From Patescibacteria group bacterium (GTDB lineage: Bacteria > Patescibacteriota > Microgenomatia > JAMCYU01), in the NCBI GenBank assembly GCA_023473585.1, contig JAMCYU010000001.1, positions 66,507-130,506 of the forward strand: 64,000 nucleotides of DNA. The letters are read 5' to 3'. Numbering within the stretch: the first letter of the stretch is position 1; every line of letters begins with the position of its first letter. A program made the translations under genes and the position numbers. The notes under the pieces were generated by a model that worked only from the letters and a program-made list of their open reading frames with translations, was not told the DNA's origin and ran no database searches. Below are positions 40,695 to 49,837 of the stretch, piece after piece.

Positions 40695-41442
40695 ACAATC
40701 CCTGGAGACTCTTCAGGCGAATTTTAAGCAAGTCACAAAAAGCCTGCCACGAATCCTTCAGGGGACTGACTCTTCTTGTCTCGACATAATGCCATTCAAC
40801 CGGAACTTCTTTGATTTTAAAACCTAATTTCTTGGCGACAAACAGGATCTCGATATCAAAACCCGCCGTCACCATTGAACCGGAGACCAGTTTTTTTTGA
40901 CCATAGAGTTTAAGACGATTAAAGATTTTCTTGGCGACTTCATTTTTAAAGATCTTAAAACCACATTGTGTATCGGTTATGCCCGACAAACCAAGAATAA
41001 GGGTTCTTAAAAACATAAATCCCCTGGCCATAATGATTCTTGAAAGGGGCGCCCCTTCTCTTTCCGTATTTCTTGAACCGATAACAACATCATAGTCTTT
41101 TTGAATCAGGGGAAGAAGTTTTTCCAACTCATTAATTGGCGTAGCCTGATCTAAATCGCAAAAGAGAACGTATTGTCCGTTGGCCCCAACCATGCCCGTA
41201 ATAACGGTCGCCGCTTTCCCCTGATGCTTATTTTTAATCAAAGAAAAACCAAGATGGCTTTTCCTAAATTCTTCAATTAAACTTCTGCTTTCATCTTCCG
41301 ACCCATCATCAACAATGATGACTTCCCATGAATACGGCTGTTTTTGTAAATAATCAGAAACTTTTCCCAAGGCGCCAAGTCTGATATTTTTTTCTTCGTT
41401 ATAACAAGGGATAACGACTGATAAAAAGATTTCCTTGTCCAT
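40687..41442 (-). CDS. GT2, dolichyl-phosphate beta-glucosyltransferase-like (ALG5 type)
   Basis: PCYNEE, HQGKA, FCDLDQATP, IGSR, DTQCGFK, FDIEILF, EVPVEW. Confidence 0.9.
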   Translation of the reverse strand: MDKEIFLSVVIPCYNEEKNIRLGALGKVSDYLQKQPYSWEVIIVDDGSEDESRSLIEEFRKSHLGFSLIKNKHQGKAATVITGMVGANGQYVLFCDLDQATPINELEKLLPLIQKDYDVVIGSRNTEREGAPLSRIIMARGFMFLRTLILGLSGITDTQCGFKIFKNEVAKKIFNRLKLYGQKKLVSGSMVTAGFDIEILFVAKKLGFKIKEVPVEWHYVETRRVSPLKDSWQAFCDLLKIRLKSLQGLYE

Positions 41443-41450
41443 ATCTTTTT

Positions 41451-42242
41451 TTAATTAAGTTTAACTAACCTTCCATGCTCGCGAGCATTTTCAAACATCC
41501 AATTAAAAAATAATAATGACAGAACCAAATAAATGATGTTCAAACCAAAGCTTATCATTAAGTTGCCAGTATTTATTGACCCTGTCATAATCACTCTTCG
41601 CATTTCTTCAAAAATATAGGTTGAGGGAAGCATCTGCCCGATTTTTTGAGCCCAAGTGGGGATCGAAGAAAGAGGATAATAGATACAAGAAAAGGGAGAC
41701 ACCCAAGCTAACAAAGCCCACGCCAACTCTTGAGCTCCAAAACCAAAACGAACAATTAAGCCATTGATGATAACGCCGAAGGATAAACCGAAGATTAAAA
41801 GATTGATAATCAAAAAAGGAAGATAGAGACCATAAAGACCAAAGATATTAAATTTATAAAAAATAAATGCTCCCAAGAGCATAACCAGCATTGTCAATGT
41901 TAGTTTAATTAAGCCCAAGATTACGCTGGCTAACAAAAATTCAGCCGTGGTCAGCGGTGTCGAAAAGATATTAATTAAGTTTTGATTCCAGGCCTCATCT
42001 AGGAAATTAACCGACATTTCTCTTTGGGAAATTGAGGTGAATTCCCAAAAAATAACTCCTCCTAAAAGAAAAGCGATAATTGAAAAACCAAAGGAGGCAT
42101 TTTTCTCAAAAAAAGACATCGTCATTCCCCAACTGATCAGTCCTAAAAGCGGCCAGCCCAAAGATCCCTGCCACCTCTCCAGGCTTCTGGGCCAAATATA
42201 AAGATGACGGATAACAACGGCCACGATTCTTTTTAAGCTCAT
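41451..42242 (-). CDS. ABC-2 type transporter permease
   Basis: 6 TM helices, YYPLSSIPTWAQ..LPSTYIFE; coupled to the ATPase. Confidence 0.88.
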   Translation of the reverse strand: MSLKRIVAVVIRHLYIWPRSLERWQGSLGWPLLGLISWGMTMSFFEKNASFGFSIIAFLLGGVIFWEFTSISQREMSVNFLDEAWNQNLINIFSTPLTTAEFLLASVILGLIKLTLTMLVMLLGAFIFYKFNIFGLYGLYLPFLIINLLIFGLSFGVIINGLIVRFGFGAQELAWALLAWVSPFSCIYYPLSSIPTWAQKIGQMLPSTYIFEEMRRVIMTGSINTGNLMISFGLNIIYLVLSLLFFNWMFENAREHGRLVKLN

Positions 42243-43171
42243 GTCATTTTCTCCCGAGTGACTTTTAGAAAAAAATCCTCTAATGTTGGTTTTTCGATCG
42301 TAATTTGCGAATATTTAAGCTTCGCTAATGACAATCTTCCCAGGAGCTGGCCTATTTTTTCCTCTTCGATCTCAATAATCGTTTCGTTTCCCTCTAATAA
42401 ATATTGATAACCGTAATTATCAAGCAATAAATTAACTTTTTCTTGTGTGACTAAAAAAAGCAATCGCACTTTACAGGTTTTTATTTTCTGCGACAAACCA
42501 ACGGGGGTATCTTCAGCAACGATTTTACCTTTATGTAAGAAAATTACCCGATCACAGATTTCCGTTATTTCCGCCATATTGTGTGAGGTAAAAAGAACGG
42601 TCGTTTTATCTTCTCTGACTTTCTTCAAAATAAATTTTCTGGTTAAATCGGCCACATCGGGATCTAAAAAAGCCGTCGGTTCGTCCAGAAGAAGAAGCTT
42701 AGGGTTATTAATAAAGGCTTTACACAAATAAAGACTGGTTAACTGACCGGACGACAAATCATTGGTTGTTTTATTCTTCAAATGAAAAATTTTAAATTCC
42801 TGTAAAAGTTGATCTGTTTTTGCCTTATAGTCGCTTACCTGATAAAGCCTGGCAAAAGTGTATAAATTCTCACAAACCTTAAGCCGCCAGGGAAGATTAA
42901 CGTAAGCGGCAGAAAAATTCATGTTTCCTAAAATTTCGACTCTATTTTTCTCAAGCGGCAGATTAAAGATCTTAATCTCTCCGCTGGTTGGCTTGGTTAA
43001 ACCAAGCAGCATGTCTATCGTCGTGGTTTTTCCGGCACCATTTGGGCCCAACAATCCCAAGATCTCCCCTTCTCTCATCTCAAAAGAAATATTGTTAACA
43101 GCCACAAATCCGTCGGTTGGCGAACCGAATCTTTTTATCAGGTTTTTAACTTCTAAAACGGGCTTTTCCAC
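42239..43171 (-). CDS. ABC transporter ATP-binding protein (ABC-2/DrrA-like)
   Basis: GPNGAGKTT, LSSGQ, LLLDEPT, SH; GTG start. Confidence 0.93.
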   Translation of the reverse strand: MEKPVLEVKNLIKRFGSPTDGFVAVNNISFEMREGEILGLLGPNGAGKTTTIDMLLGLTKPTSGEIKIFNLPLEKNRVEILGNMNFSAAYVNLPWRLKVCENLYTFARLYQVSDYKAKTDQLLQEFKIFHLKNKTTNDLSSGQLTSLYLCKAFINNPKLLLLDEPTAFLDPDVADLTRKFILKKVREDKTTVLFTSHNMAEITEICDRVIFLHKGKIVAEDTPVGLSQKIKTCKVRLLFLVTQEKVNLLLDNYGYQYLLEGNETIIEIEEEKIGQLLGRLSLAKLKYSQITIEKPTLEDFFLKVTREKMT

Positions 43172-43178
43172 AAATTTA

Positions 43179-43207
43179 ATTGTAGACTATAGATATTCAT
43201 TTTGCAA
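43179..43207 (-). promoter_or_regulatory. Sigma70 promoter TTGCAA-17-TACAAT, probably leaderless, for ABC/GT-C operon
   Basis: -35 at 43207..43202, -10 at 43184..43179, 7 nt before GTG 43171. Confidence 0.65.
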
Positions 43208-43285
43208 AGATAAAACGTCATTACTACCCGTAGGGGAATTGTGTTTTTCCTGGATGGATCGTCCTCCTTTTCTTGCCTCATTTTC

Positions 43286-43314
43286 TTGACATAAAATAAA
43301 TATCCCACTATGAT
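43286..43314 (+). promoter_or_regulatory. Sigma70 promoter TTGACA-17-TATGAT for TrpR-like gene
   Basis: Near-consensus hexamers with 17-nt spacer. Confidence 0.8.
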
Positions 43315-43322
43315 AATCTTAA

Positions 43323-43362
43323 TGAATTCTTTTCAATGATTTGAAACATTGAGTGTAAGTCA
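43323..43362. promoter_or_regulatory. Palindromic site copy 1 (TGA..TCAATG-atttgaaa-CATTGA..TCA), candidate operator
   Basis: Just downstream of the predicted TSS; first 28 nt match copy 2 at 25 positions. Confidence 0.7.
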
Positions 43363-43368
43363 GAATTT

Positions 43369-43815
43369 ATGAGTCAGGTTTCTAAAAGATTCATTTCTAA
43401 AGAAATCGAGGACAGGATGCTAGAGATTTTTTGGCAGTCACTGGCCTCTTGCTCGACAAAGGAAACCGTGGCTTCTTTCCTGGAAGATCTTTTAACTCCC
43501 ACCGAAAAAATTATGCTATCTAAAAGAGTCTCTATTGCTCTGCTTTTATTGAAAGGTTACGATTACAAATCTATTAATAATATCCTCAAAGTCAGTGCTC
43601 CGACTATTTGGACAGTCAGTCTTTGGCTAAAAACAAAAGGCAAGGGCTACCGCATGGTCTTAAAAAGGATAATTCAGAATGAAAAATGGGATAAATTATG
43701 GCAAAACGTAGAAAAACAGATTCAAGACATTCTGCCTCCTAGGCCAGGAACGAATTGGGCTGAAGTCAGAAAAAGACAATGGGAGAAACGCCGCCAGCAA
43801 CAAAAACCCTATTAA
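43369..43815 (+). CDS. TrpR-like YerC/YecD family HTH regulator
   Basis: FLEDLLTPTEKIMLSKRVSIALLL..GYDYKSINNILKVSAPTI. Confidence 0.82.
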   Translation: MSQVSKRFISKEIEDRMLEIFWQSLASCSTKETVASFLEDLLTPTEKIMLSKRVSIALLLLKGYDYKSINNILKVSAPTIWTVSLWLKTKGKGYRMVLKRIIQNEKWDKLWQNVEKQIQDILPPRPGTNWAEVRKRQWEKRRQQQKPY

Positions 43816-43876
43816 ATTTCCATATTCATACCTCTTAATACCTCGTTTATATACTGACCGTACACCGTACCTGATC

Positions 43877-43916
43877 TGAATTCGCTTAAATGATTTGAAA
43901 CATTTAAGTTGATTCA
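43877..43916. promoter_or_regulatory. Palindromic site copy 2 (TGAAT..CTTAAATG-atttgaaa-CATTTAAG..ATTCA); operator, recombination site or terminator hairpin
   Basis: 13 of 16 arm positions are Watson-Crick complementary; direct repeat of 43323..43362. Confidence 0.7.
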
Positions 43917-43994
43917 TAAATTATCGTTCTTTTTTTTCATTGTTCTAAAACCATTTTTGATAACGATTTTCTCTTTGTCATCGGCAGGAAAAGC

Positions 43995-45500
43995 TTATTC
44001 GCCTTTGTAATGACCGAGTTTAACGACGCGGACGACGGAGACCTGCCATTCGCCTTCAATTTCAGCCCGGCCGAAACCGGCAATCTCCCAAAGAGAATGA
44101 CCCAGTGGCTGGCAGGAAGAAACTTCACAGATAACAAGAAGTTGACTCGTGACTGTTTTTCTTTGCGGGTCGACTTCCTGATTCTCGATGGTGACCGGCT
44201 TATTCCCCCAGATTTCGAAAAAATAACGATAGGCATGATCCGAATTCTGGCCCGTAATTAAGGCAAAATTAAAGGGTTGACCATTCGTTTTGTCCAGAAC
44301 AAAGCGGCTGATGGTTTTTGTCTGTAATAATTGACGATTAGGGGTAAACTTAAATGGCCTGCCTTCCCAATTAATCCAAGCTAAGATTCCGACAAAAAGA
44401 AGGGCAATTATTTTTACAGGCCGATATTTAAAGTGGAGAAAAAAAGAAGCTGTTTGCCCAACCAGTAAAAATGGCAGGGAAAACATAAAACCAAAATAAT
44501 AATCATAAATTGGTTTTTTATAAAATCCGAAAAGAAAAACACCGACTGTCAACCAAAGAAAAAGAAGAACTCTCGCTTTATTGTTCTTTTTAAGAAAGAG
44601 GTAAAAGAAGATCGGTAAAGTCACCGCCATAACGAAGTAAGTTAACCAAGAACCCGAATTGGGAAAATAAGAAACTAATCTTCCAAAGAGCCGAAAGAGA
44701 ACATCCCAACTAATAACCAAAAAATTTTGACCGGTAAACCCGGTTTCTCCGGAAGAGAAAATAAATTTAATAACGGTTTGCAGATTAGTAAAGCCATGAC
44801 GAAGTTCAAAGGCTAAAAAGGGTGAAAAACCCACCAAAAAACCCAAAATCGCCAGAAAATAATATTTTATTTTGGTAAAATTCCGACCATAGATTAAAAA
44901 ATAAATAAAGGCTACGGGGACGAGAAAAACAAAAAGGTAATGAAGCTGCAAACCAATGCCTAAAACAATCCCTAATAAAAATAAATAAGACCATTTTTGT
45001 TTTTCCACAATCAGCCAAAGAAGATAAATAAAGAGAGTCGAGAAAAACGGCACCAAGTTCGGATTCCACGAGGCGCGCGAATAGGCGATAACCAGGGGCG
45101 ATAAAGTAAAAAGAAGAGCCGCCAAAAGACCAGCCCAAAGATTAAAAAGGTCCTTCCCTACTTTATAGACTAAAAAAATCGTTAAGATGCCAAAGAGGGC
45201 CACCATAACGGCAGGCCCCACAGGATCAAGTTTAAAAAGCCACAAAAAGGGCAGCATAAAATAATAGTAAATCGGACCTAAGAAAAATCCTCCCACCGAA
45301 GCCGTAGGCCCCAAAAGCGTCAATTTATGATCAACGATCATCCTTTTAACGACCAAAACATCTCTGCCCTCATCGCCCAAAAAGGTTAGATAGTCGGCGA
45401 TTCGGTAAAGCCGAAGATAGGCCCCCAAGAGAAGAATGGCAAAAACTAATAACGGAAGAAGAAGTTTTTTAAAATTTATATTTCTTGTTCCACGTTCCAT
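43995..45500 (-). CDS. PMT_2/ArnT-like GT-C glycosyltransferase
   Basis: GDEGRD after TM1, GPIYYY, YSRASWNPN, QLH. Confidence 0.83.
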   Translation of the reverse strand: MERGTRNINFKKLLLPLLVFAILLLGAYLRLYRIADYLTFLGDEGRDVLVVKRMIVDHKLTLLGPTASVGGFFLGPIYYYFMLPFLWLFKLDPVGPAVMVALFGILTIFLVYKVGKDLFNLWAGLLAALLFTLSPLVIAYSRASWNPNLVPFFSTLFIYLLWLIVEKQKWSYLFLLGIVLGIGLQLHYLFVFLVPVAFIYFLIYGRNFTKIKYYFLAILGFLVGFSPFLAFELRHGFTNLQTVIKFIFSSGETGFTGQNFLVISWDVLFRLFGRLVSYFPNSGSWLTYFVMAVTLPIFFYLFLKKNNKARVLLFLWLTVGVFLFGFYKKPIYDYYFGFMFSLPFLLVGQTASFFLHFKYRPVKIIALLFVGILAWINWEGRPFKFTPNRQLLQTKTISRFVLDKTNGQPFNFALITGQNSDHAYRYFFEIWGNKPVTIENQEVDPQRKTVTSQLLVICEVSSCQPLGHSLWEIAGFGRAEIEGEWQVSVVRVVKLGHYKGE

Positions 45501-45503
45501 GTT

Positions 45504-46631
45504 TTAATGATTGGTCTTTTTCCAAATGACTCGAGAATAAATAAACCAACTGTAGGGAACAACAAGAAAAATAACGGCTCCGGCCATAAAGATCATTCGA
45601 TATTGATCGCCGAAAAAATTAGTTCCCAAACCGACAACGATACCTTGAATAATGACGGCTCCTATCGAAGTAAAATTAAACTGAATAAATTTAGCAATGA
45701 GAGTTGTAATTTTACTTACTTTTTGATCATTAAAGGTCCAAAAATTATTAAGAGTAAAATTGGAGATAATGGCCATTTCTGCTCCCAGGGAAGCCGCCGG
45801 ACCGGGTCTTAAACCAAATTTGTAAAAAATTTCCAGCCCTAGGGCGTTAATGACAAAACCAATCGTCCCGACGATAAAAAATTTTAAAAAACCGCTTTCC
45901 CAAAGTTCTTTTGTCCTTGCCGTAATCAGATATCTTAAAAGATTCGTAATATATTCCATGGGAGTCAGTTTTGATCGCCCGTAATATCTTTCGGAAAAAG
46001 TAATGGGGAATTCGGCGATCTTTGCCCCGTTTTTAAGACTCTTGTGCAGGAAAGCAACTTGAAAAGTATAGCCGCTGACGTTTTGAAGTTCATTTTTGGC
46101 TTTTTCAAAAAAATTCTTCTTAATCGCCCGGAAACCGCTTGTCCACTCGTGTATCCAAAAAATACCCAAAAGAGTGCGCACGATTAAATTCCCAGCTCTG
46201 CTAAAAATCTTGCGATGAAGTCCCCATCTTTTGGGGATGGAACCACCCTTTACATAGCGACTGCCGACAACGAAATCGGCCCCTTCCTCGATTTTTTTTA
46301 AAAACTCGGGGATTTTTTTAGGATCGTGAGAAAGATCAGCGTCCATTTGGACAATAATGTCGGCTCCAAGTTTTTGGATCGCATAATCCATACCAATAAC
46401 CAAGGCTCTCCCCAACCCGACTTTTTCCTTATTTAAAAGTAAAAAAAGATTGTGATATTTATTTTTTAAATCTTTAATAACCGAAGCCGTTCCGTCGGGA
46501 GAAGAGTCGTCAACGACGAGAAGATCAAATTGATAAAAAGGTAATTTTTTAGCTACTTCTTGTATTTCCCTAATCAACTTCTCGATATTACCTTTTTCAT
46601 TATAAGTGGGAAGAAGAACAACGACTTTCAT
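45504..46631 (-). CDS. Polyprenol monophosphomannose synthase (Ppm1/DPM1-like GT2) fused to GtrA-like flippase domain
   Basis: PTYNE, VDDSSPDGT, QMDADLSHDP, GSRY, TSGFR; C-terminal KFFIVG...NFTLNNFWTF. Confidence 0.9.
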   Translation of the reverse strand: MKVVVLLPTYNEKGNIEKLIREIQEVAKKLPFYQFDLLVVDDSSPDGTASVIKDLKNKYHNLFLLLNKEKVGLGRALVIGMDYAIQKLGADIIVQMDADLSHDPKKIPEFLKKIEEGADFVVGSRYVKGGSIPKRWGLHRKIFSRAGNLIVRTLLGIFWIHEWTSGFRAIKKNFFEKAKNELQNVSGYTFQVAFLHKSLKNGAKIAEFPITFSERYYGRSKLTPMEYITNLLRYLITARTKELWESGFLKFFIVGTIGFVINALGLEIFYKFGLRPGPAASLGAEMAIISNFTLNNFWTFNDQKVSKITTLIAKFIQFNFTSIGAVIIQGIVVGLGTNFFGDQYRMIFMAGAVIFLVVPYSWFIYSRVIWKKTNH

Positions 46632-47584
46632 AGTGATCGAAAATAGGCTATGGTTTGTTTTAATCCTTCTTCAAGACTGACTTTCGGCATCCAACCTAAA
46701 ATTTGTTTAATCCGCGTAATGTCCGGCTGACGACGGGTTGGGTCATCTTCGGGAAGATCGGTAAATTTAATTTCTGAAGACGATTCGGTTAATTGTTTAA
46801 TAAACTTGGCAAATTCCAGGATAGTGTGCTCTTCGGGATTCCCTAAATTAAAAACTTCACCCCTGGCTTTTTCGTTTTCCATAAGAATCAGAAAACCCGA
46901 AACTAAATCATCCACGTAACAGAAGCTTCGGGTTTGACTGCCGTCGCCGTAAACCGTAATCGGCATCCCCGAAAGCGCCTGAACCGTAAAGTTAGAAACA
47001 ACCCGGCCGTCGTCTTTGTCCATGCGCGGTCCATAGGTATTGAAAATTCTGACGATTCTGGCATCAAGGTCGTCTTTCCTTACATAAGCCATGACCATGG
47101 CTTCGCCAAATCTCTTGCCCTCATCGTAACAGGATCTCACCCCGATCGGATTAACATTCCCCCAATAAGATTCACGCTGCGGATGCTGCTGAGGATTGCC
47201 GTAAACTTCACTTGAGGAGGCATATAAAAATTTCGCTCCGTTGGCTTTGGCAATTTCCAAAAGATTAAAGGTTCCTAAAGAATTGGCTAAAAGTGTTTCC
47301 GCCGGATATTTTTGGTATTGACCGGGACTGGCCGGCGAAGCCAGATGGTAGATAAATTGAACGCCTGATATTAAAGATTGGGAAGTTTTGTCTAAGGGTT
47401 TGGTGACGTCGCCCTCGACCAGATGGAATAAGGGATTATTTATCATGGGTTCTACATTTTTCCGGTTGCCGGTTATAAAATTATCCAAACAAATGACCTC
47501 GAGATCTTGAGCAAGAAGAGTTTCGCAAAGATGAGAACCGATAAAACCAGCGCCGCCGGCGATTAAACATTTAACTTTTGACAT
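46628..47584 (-). CDS. uxs: UDP-glucuronate decarboxylase (UDP-xylose synthase)
   Basis: GGAGFIGSH, HLASPASP, YWGNVNPIGVRSCYDEGKR, RIFNTYGPRM, DDPTRRQPDI. Confidence 0.92.
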   Translation of the reverse strand: MSKVKCLIAGGAGFIGSHLCETLLAQDLEVICLDNFITGNRKNVEPMINNPLFHLVEGDVTKPLDKTSQSLISGVQFIYHLASPASPGQYQKYPAETLLANSLGTFNLLEIAKANGAKFLYASSSEVYGNPQQHPQRESYWGNVNPIGVRSCYDEGKRFGEAMVMAYVRKDDLDARIVRIFNTYGPRMDKDDGRVVSNFTVQALSGMPITVYGDGSQTRSFCYVDDLVSGFLILMENEKARGEVFNLGNPEEHTILEFAKFIKQLTESSSEIKFTDLPEDDPTRRQPDITRIKQILGWMPKVSLEEGLKQTIAYFRSL

Positions 47585-47594
47585 TTGTAATTTC

Positions 47595-48548
47595 TTAAAC
47601 CCTGGCCCGCCAATAATTCAGAAGATCTTCCATGGTTTTTGCAAACGGAATTTCCGGCTTCCAGCCTGTAGCCTGACGAAATTTACTGCAGTCTCCCAAA
47701 AGAATAGAAACATCTGACGGTCGCAGCCGGGTTTGATCCTCTTTGACTTTAACCTTAACCTTGCTCATCTTTAAAAGCATATTTAACATATCGCTGACCC
47801 TAACCGCTTTTTCCGAACAGATATTATAGACTTCTCCCGGGCTGCCCTTTTTAACCGCTAAAAGATAAGCCCTAACCATGTCCCGAACGTCAGTCCAGTC
47901 CCGTTGTGATTCTAAATTGCCGACTTCAATGACGGGTTCTTTTTTCCCTTTTTCAATTTCGGCAATTTGTTTGGCAAAATTACTGGTGACAAAAACCTCG
48001 CCTCTTCTTGGACCGGTATGGTTAAAACCTCTGGTTCTTATAATTTTTATACCGTAACTTTGAAAATATTGATAACCCAAATAATCCATAGCCACCTTAG
48101 AAACCGCATAAGGAGACTGCGGACGTAGCGGATTCTCTTCCTTGATGGGAATTTCGTCAGGATGCACCAATCCGTACTCTTCCGAGGAACAGGCGATTTG
48201 AATGACTGGACTGATTTCCGCCCTCCTTAACGCTTCAAACAAATGAACGCTGCCGACAACATTCATTTCCATTGTCGTCGCCGGTGAAGCCCAGGATGTC
48301 TGCACAAACGACTGTGCCGCCAAGTGGAAAACATAATCCGGTTTAACGTTTATAAAAATGGAGTAAAGGCTGTGTGAATCTAAAATATCGGCATCGTAAA
48401 GCTTCAGCTTGTATTTGATGTCGTCAATATTATCGGTTTTACTCCGCGGTCTGGTGGTACCAAAAACCTCATAACCCTCCTTAAGAAGAAGTTCTGCCAA
48501 ATGACTGCCGGCAAAACCTGTAATCCCAGTAATTAAAGCTTTTTTCAT
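47595..48548 (-). CDS. GDP-mannose 4,6-dehydratase / GDP-4-keto-6-deoxymannose reductase (Gmd/Rmd family)
   Basis: TGITGFAG, LAAQSFV, SSEEYG, SPYAVSK, FNHTGP, GNLESQRDWTDVRD; the latter motifs look more Rmd-like. Confidence 0.85.
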   Translation of the reverse strand: MKKALITGITGFAGSHLAELLLKEGYEVFGTTRPRSKTDNIDDIKYKLKLYDADILDSHSLYSIFINVKPDYVFHLAAQSFVQTSWASPATTMEMNVVGSVHLFEALRRAEISPVIQIACSSEEYGLVHPDEIPIKEENPLRPQSPYAVSKVAMDYLGYQYFQSYGIKIIRTRGFNHTGPRRGEVFVTSNFAKQIAEIEKGKKEPVIEVGNLESQRDWTDVRDMVRAYLLAVKKGSPGEVYNICSEKAVRVSDMLNMLLKMSKVKVKVKEDQTRLRPSDVSILLGDCSKFRQATGWKPEIPFAKTMEDLLNYWRARV

Positions 48549-49837
48549 CTTCCGACTCCTTTATAAATAAAACCAAGTTTTATAATTTTTTCCGGATCGT
48601 AAATATTCCGACCGTCAACAATAATCGGCTGATTCATTAATTTTTTGATTTTAACCAAATCCAATTGTTTAAACTCATTCCATTCTGTCATAATCAAAAG
48701 AGCATCCGCACCTTTAACGGTTTCTTCGGGATTTTTACAGTATACCACATTTTTAAGAATTTCCTGGGCCTTAGAAATAGCAACCGGATCAAAGGCGCGA
48801 ATTTTGACTCCCTTACTTTGAAGAGCCTCGATAACCTTAATTGAGGGCGCTTCCCGCATATCATCGGTATTAGGTTTAAAGGCAAGACCTAAAACCGCCA
48901 CGGTTTTCCCTTTGACAGGATCAAGAAGTTTTATGACCTTATTAACAAAGTTCTCGGCCGCCTGCCGGTTAATTTCTTCAACTTCTGCAAAAAGGTTAAC
49001 TTTTATTTGCGCTTTTTTAAACATGGCGTTTAAAGCTTTAACATCCTTAGGAAAACAACTCCCCCCATAGCCGACTCCGGGATTAAGAAAACTACGGCCC
49101 AGACGTTTATCCAAACCCACTCCGTCTAAAACCTGAAGGACGTCAGCCCCGACTTCTTCGCATAAAAAGGCGATGGCGTTGGCAAAAGAAATCTTGGTTG
49201 CCAAAAGCGAGTTAGAGGCGTATTTAATCATTTCCGCTGAAGGAATATTCGTTAAGACGAAATGTCCGTTGATGGGTTTATGAAGTTCCATAAGAATTTT
49301 TTGGGCTGATAACGAATCCGTTCCGATCACAATTCGGTCGGGTTGCAAAGTGTCAGCAAGGGCGGTCCCTTCACGCAAAAATTCGGGGACAAAAGCAACT
49401 TCAAGATCGGCCCCTTTGGGCTTAACCTTCTTGATAATTTCGGCAACTCTTTTGGTCGTCCCGACCGGCACCGTGCTTTTAACCACAATCACTTTTTGGC
49501 CTTTACCCAAATTTTTCCCGATCGTTTCGGCAGACGCATAAACCTGGGAAAGATCAGCCTCGCCGCTTTGAAGAGAGGGTGTACCAACGCAAATAAAAAT
49601 AATGTCCGATCCGGAAATGGTTTCTTCGTAAGAAAGAGTGAACCTAAGTCTTTGGGCAGTGGCGTTTTTCCTAACCACCTCTTCAAGTCCGGGCTCAAAA
49701 AAGGGAATCATTCCCTTTTTAAGCTTTTCAATTTTTTCTTTGGTTCTTCCGACACACCAGACATCGTTGCCTAAATCCGCAAAAACCGCGGCGGTGACTA
49801 AACCAACGTAACCGTTGCCAATAACCGTTATTTTCAT
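48545..49837 (-). CDS. ugd: UDP-glucose 6-dehydrogenase
   Basis: GNGYVG, KSTVPVGT, PEFLREG, GYGGSCFPKD, FKPNTDDMREAP, DGRN. Confidence 0.95.
   Translation of the reverse strand: MKITVIGNGYVGLVTAAVFADLGNDVWCVGRTKEKIEKLKKGMIPFFEPGLEEVVRKNATAQRLRFTLSYEETISGSDIIFICVGTPSLQSGEADLSQVYASAETIGKNLGKGQKVIVVKSTVPVGTTKRVAEIIKKVKPKGADLEVAFVPEFLREGTALADTLQPDRIVIGTDSLSAQKILMELHKPINGHFVLTNIPSAEMIKYASNSLLATKISFANAIAFLCEEVGADVLQVLDGVGLDKRLGRSFLNPGVGYGGSCFPKDVKALNAMFKKAQIKVNLFAEVEEINRQAAENFVNKVIKLLDPVKGKTVAVLGLAFKPNTDDMREAPSIKVIEALQSKGVKIRAFDPVAISKAQEILKNVVYCKNPEETVKGADALLIMTEWNEFKQLDLVKIKKLMNQPIIVDGRNIYDPEKIIKLGFIYKGVGR

Noticed and set aside
41451-43171. Wzm/Wzt polysaccharide exporter
   Set aside because: The ATPase has a DrrA-like C-terminus (PTLEDFF) and lacks Wzt motifs such as YSSGM.
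43323-43916. CRISPR mini-array or IS element at the repeats flanking the TrpR-like gene
   Set aside because: Only two copies, about 550 bp apart with a gene between them; no cas, transposase or integrase was seen in the window.
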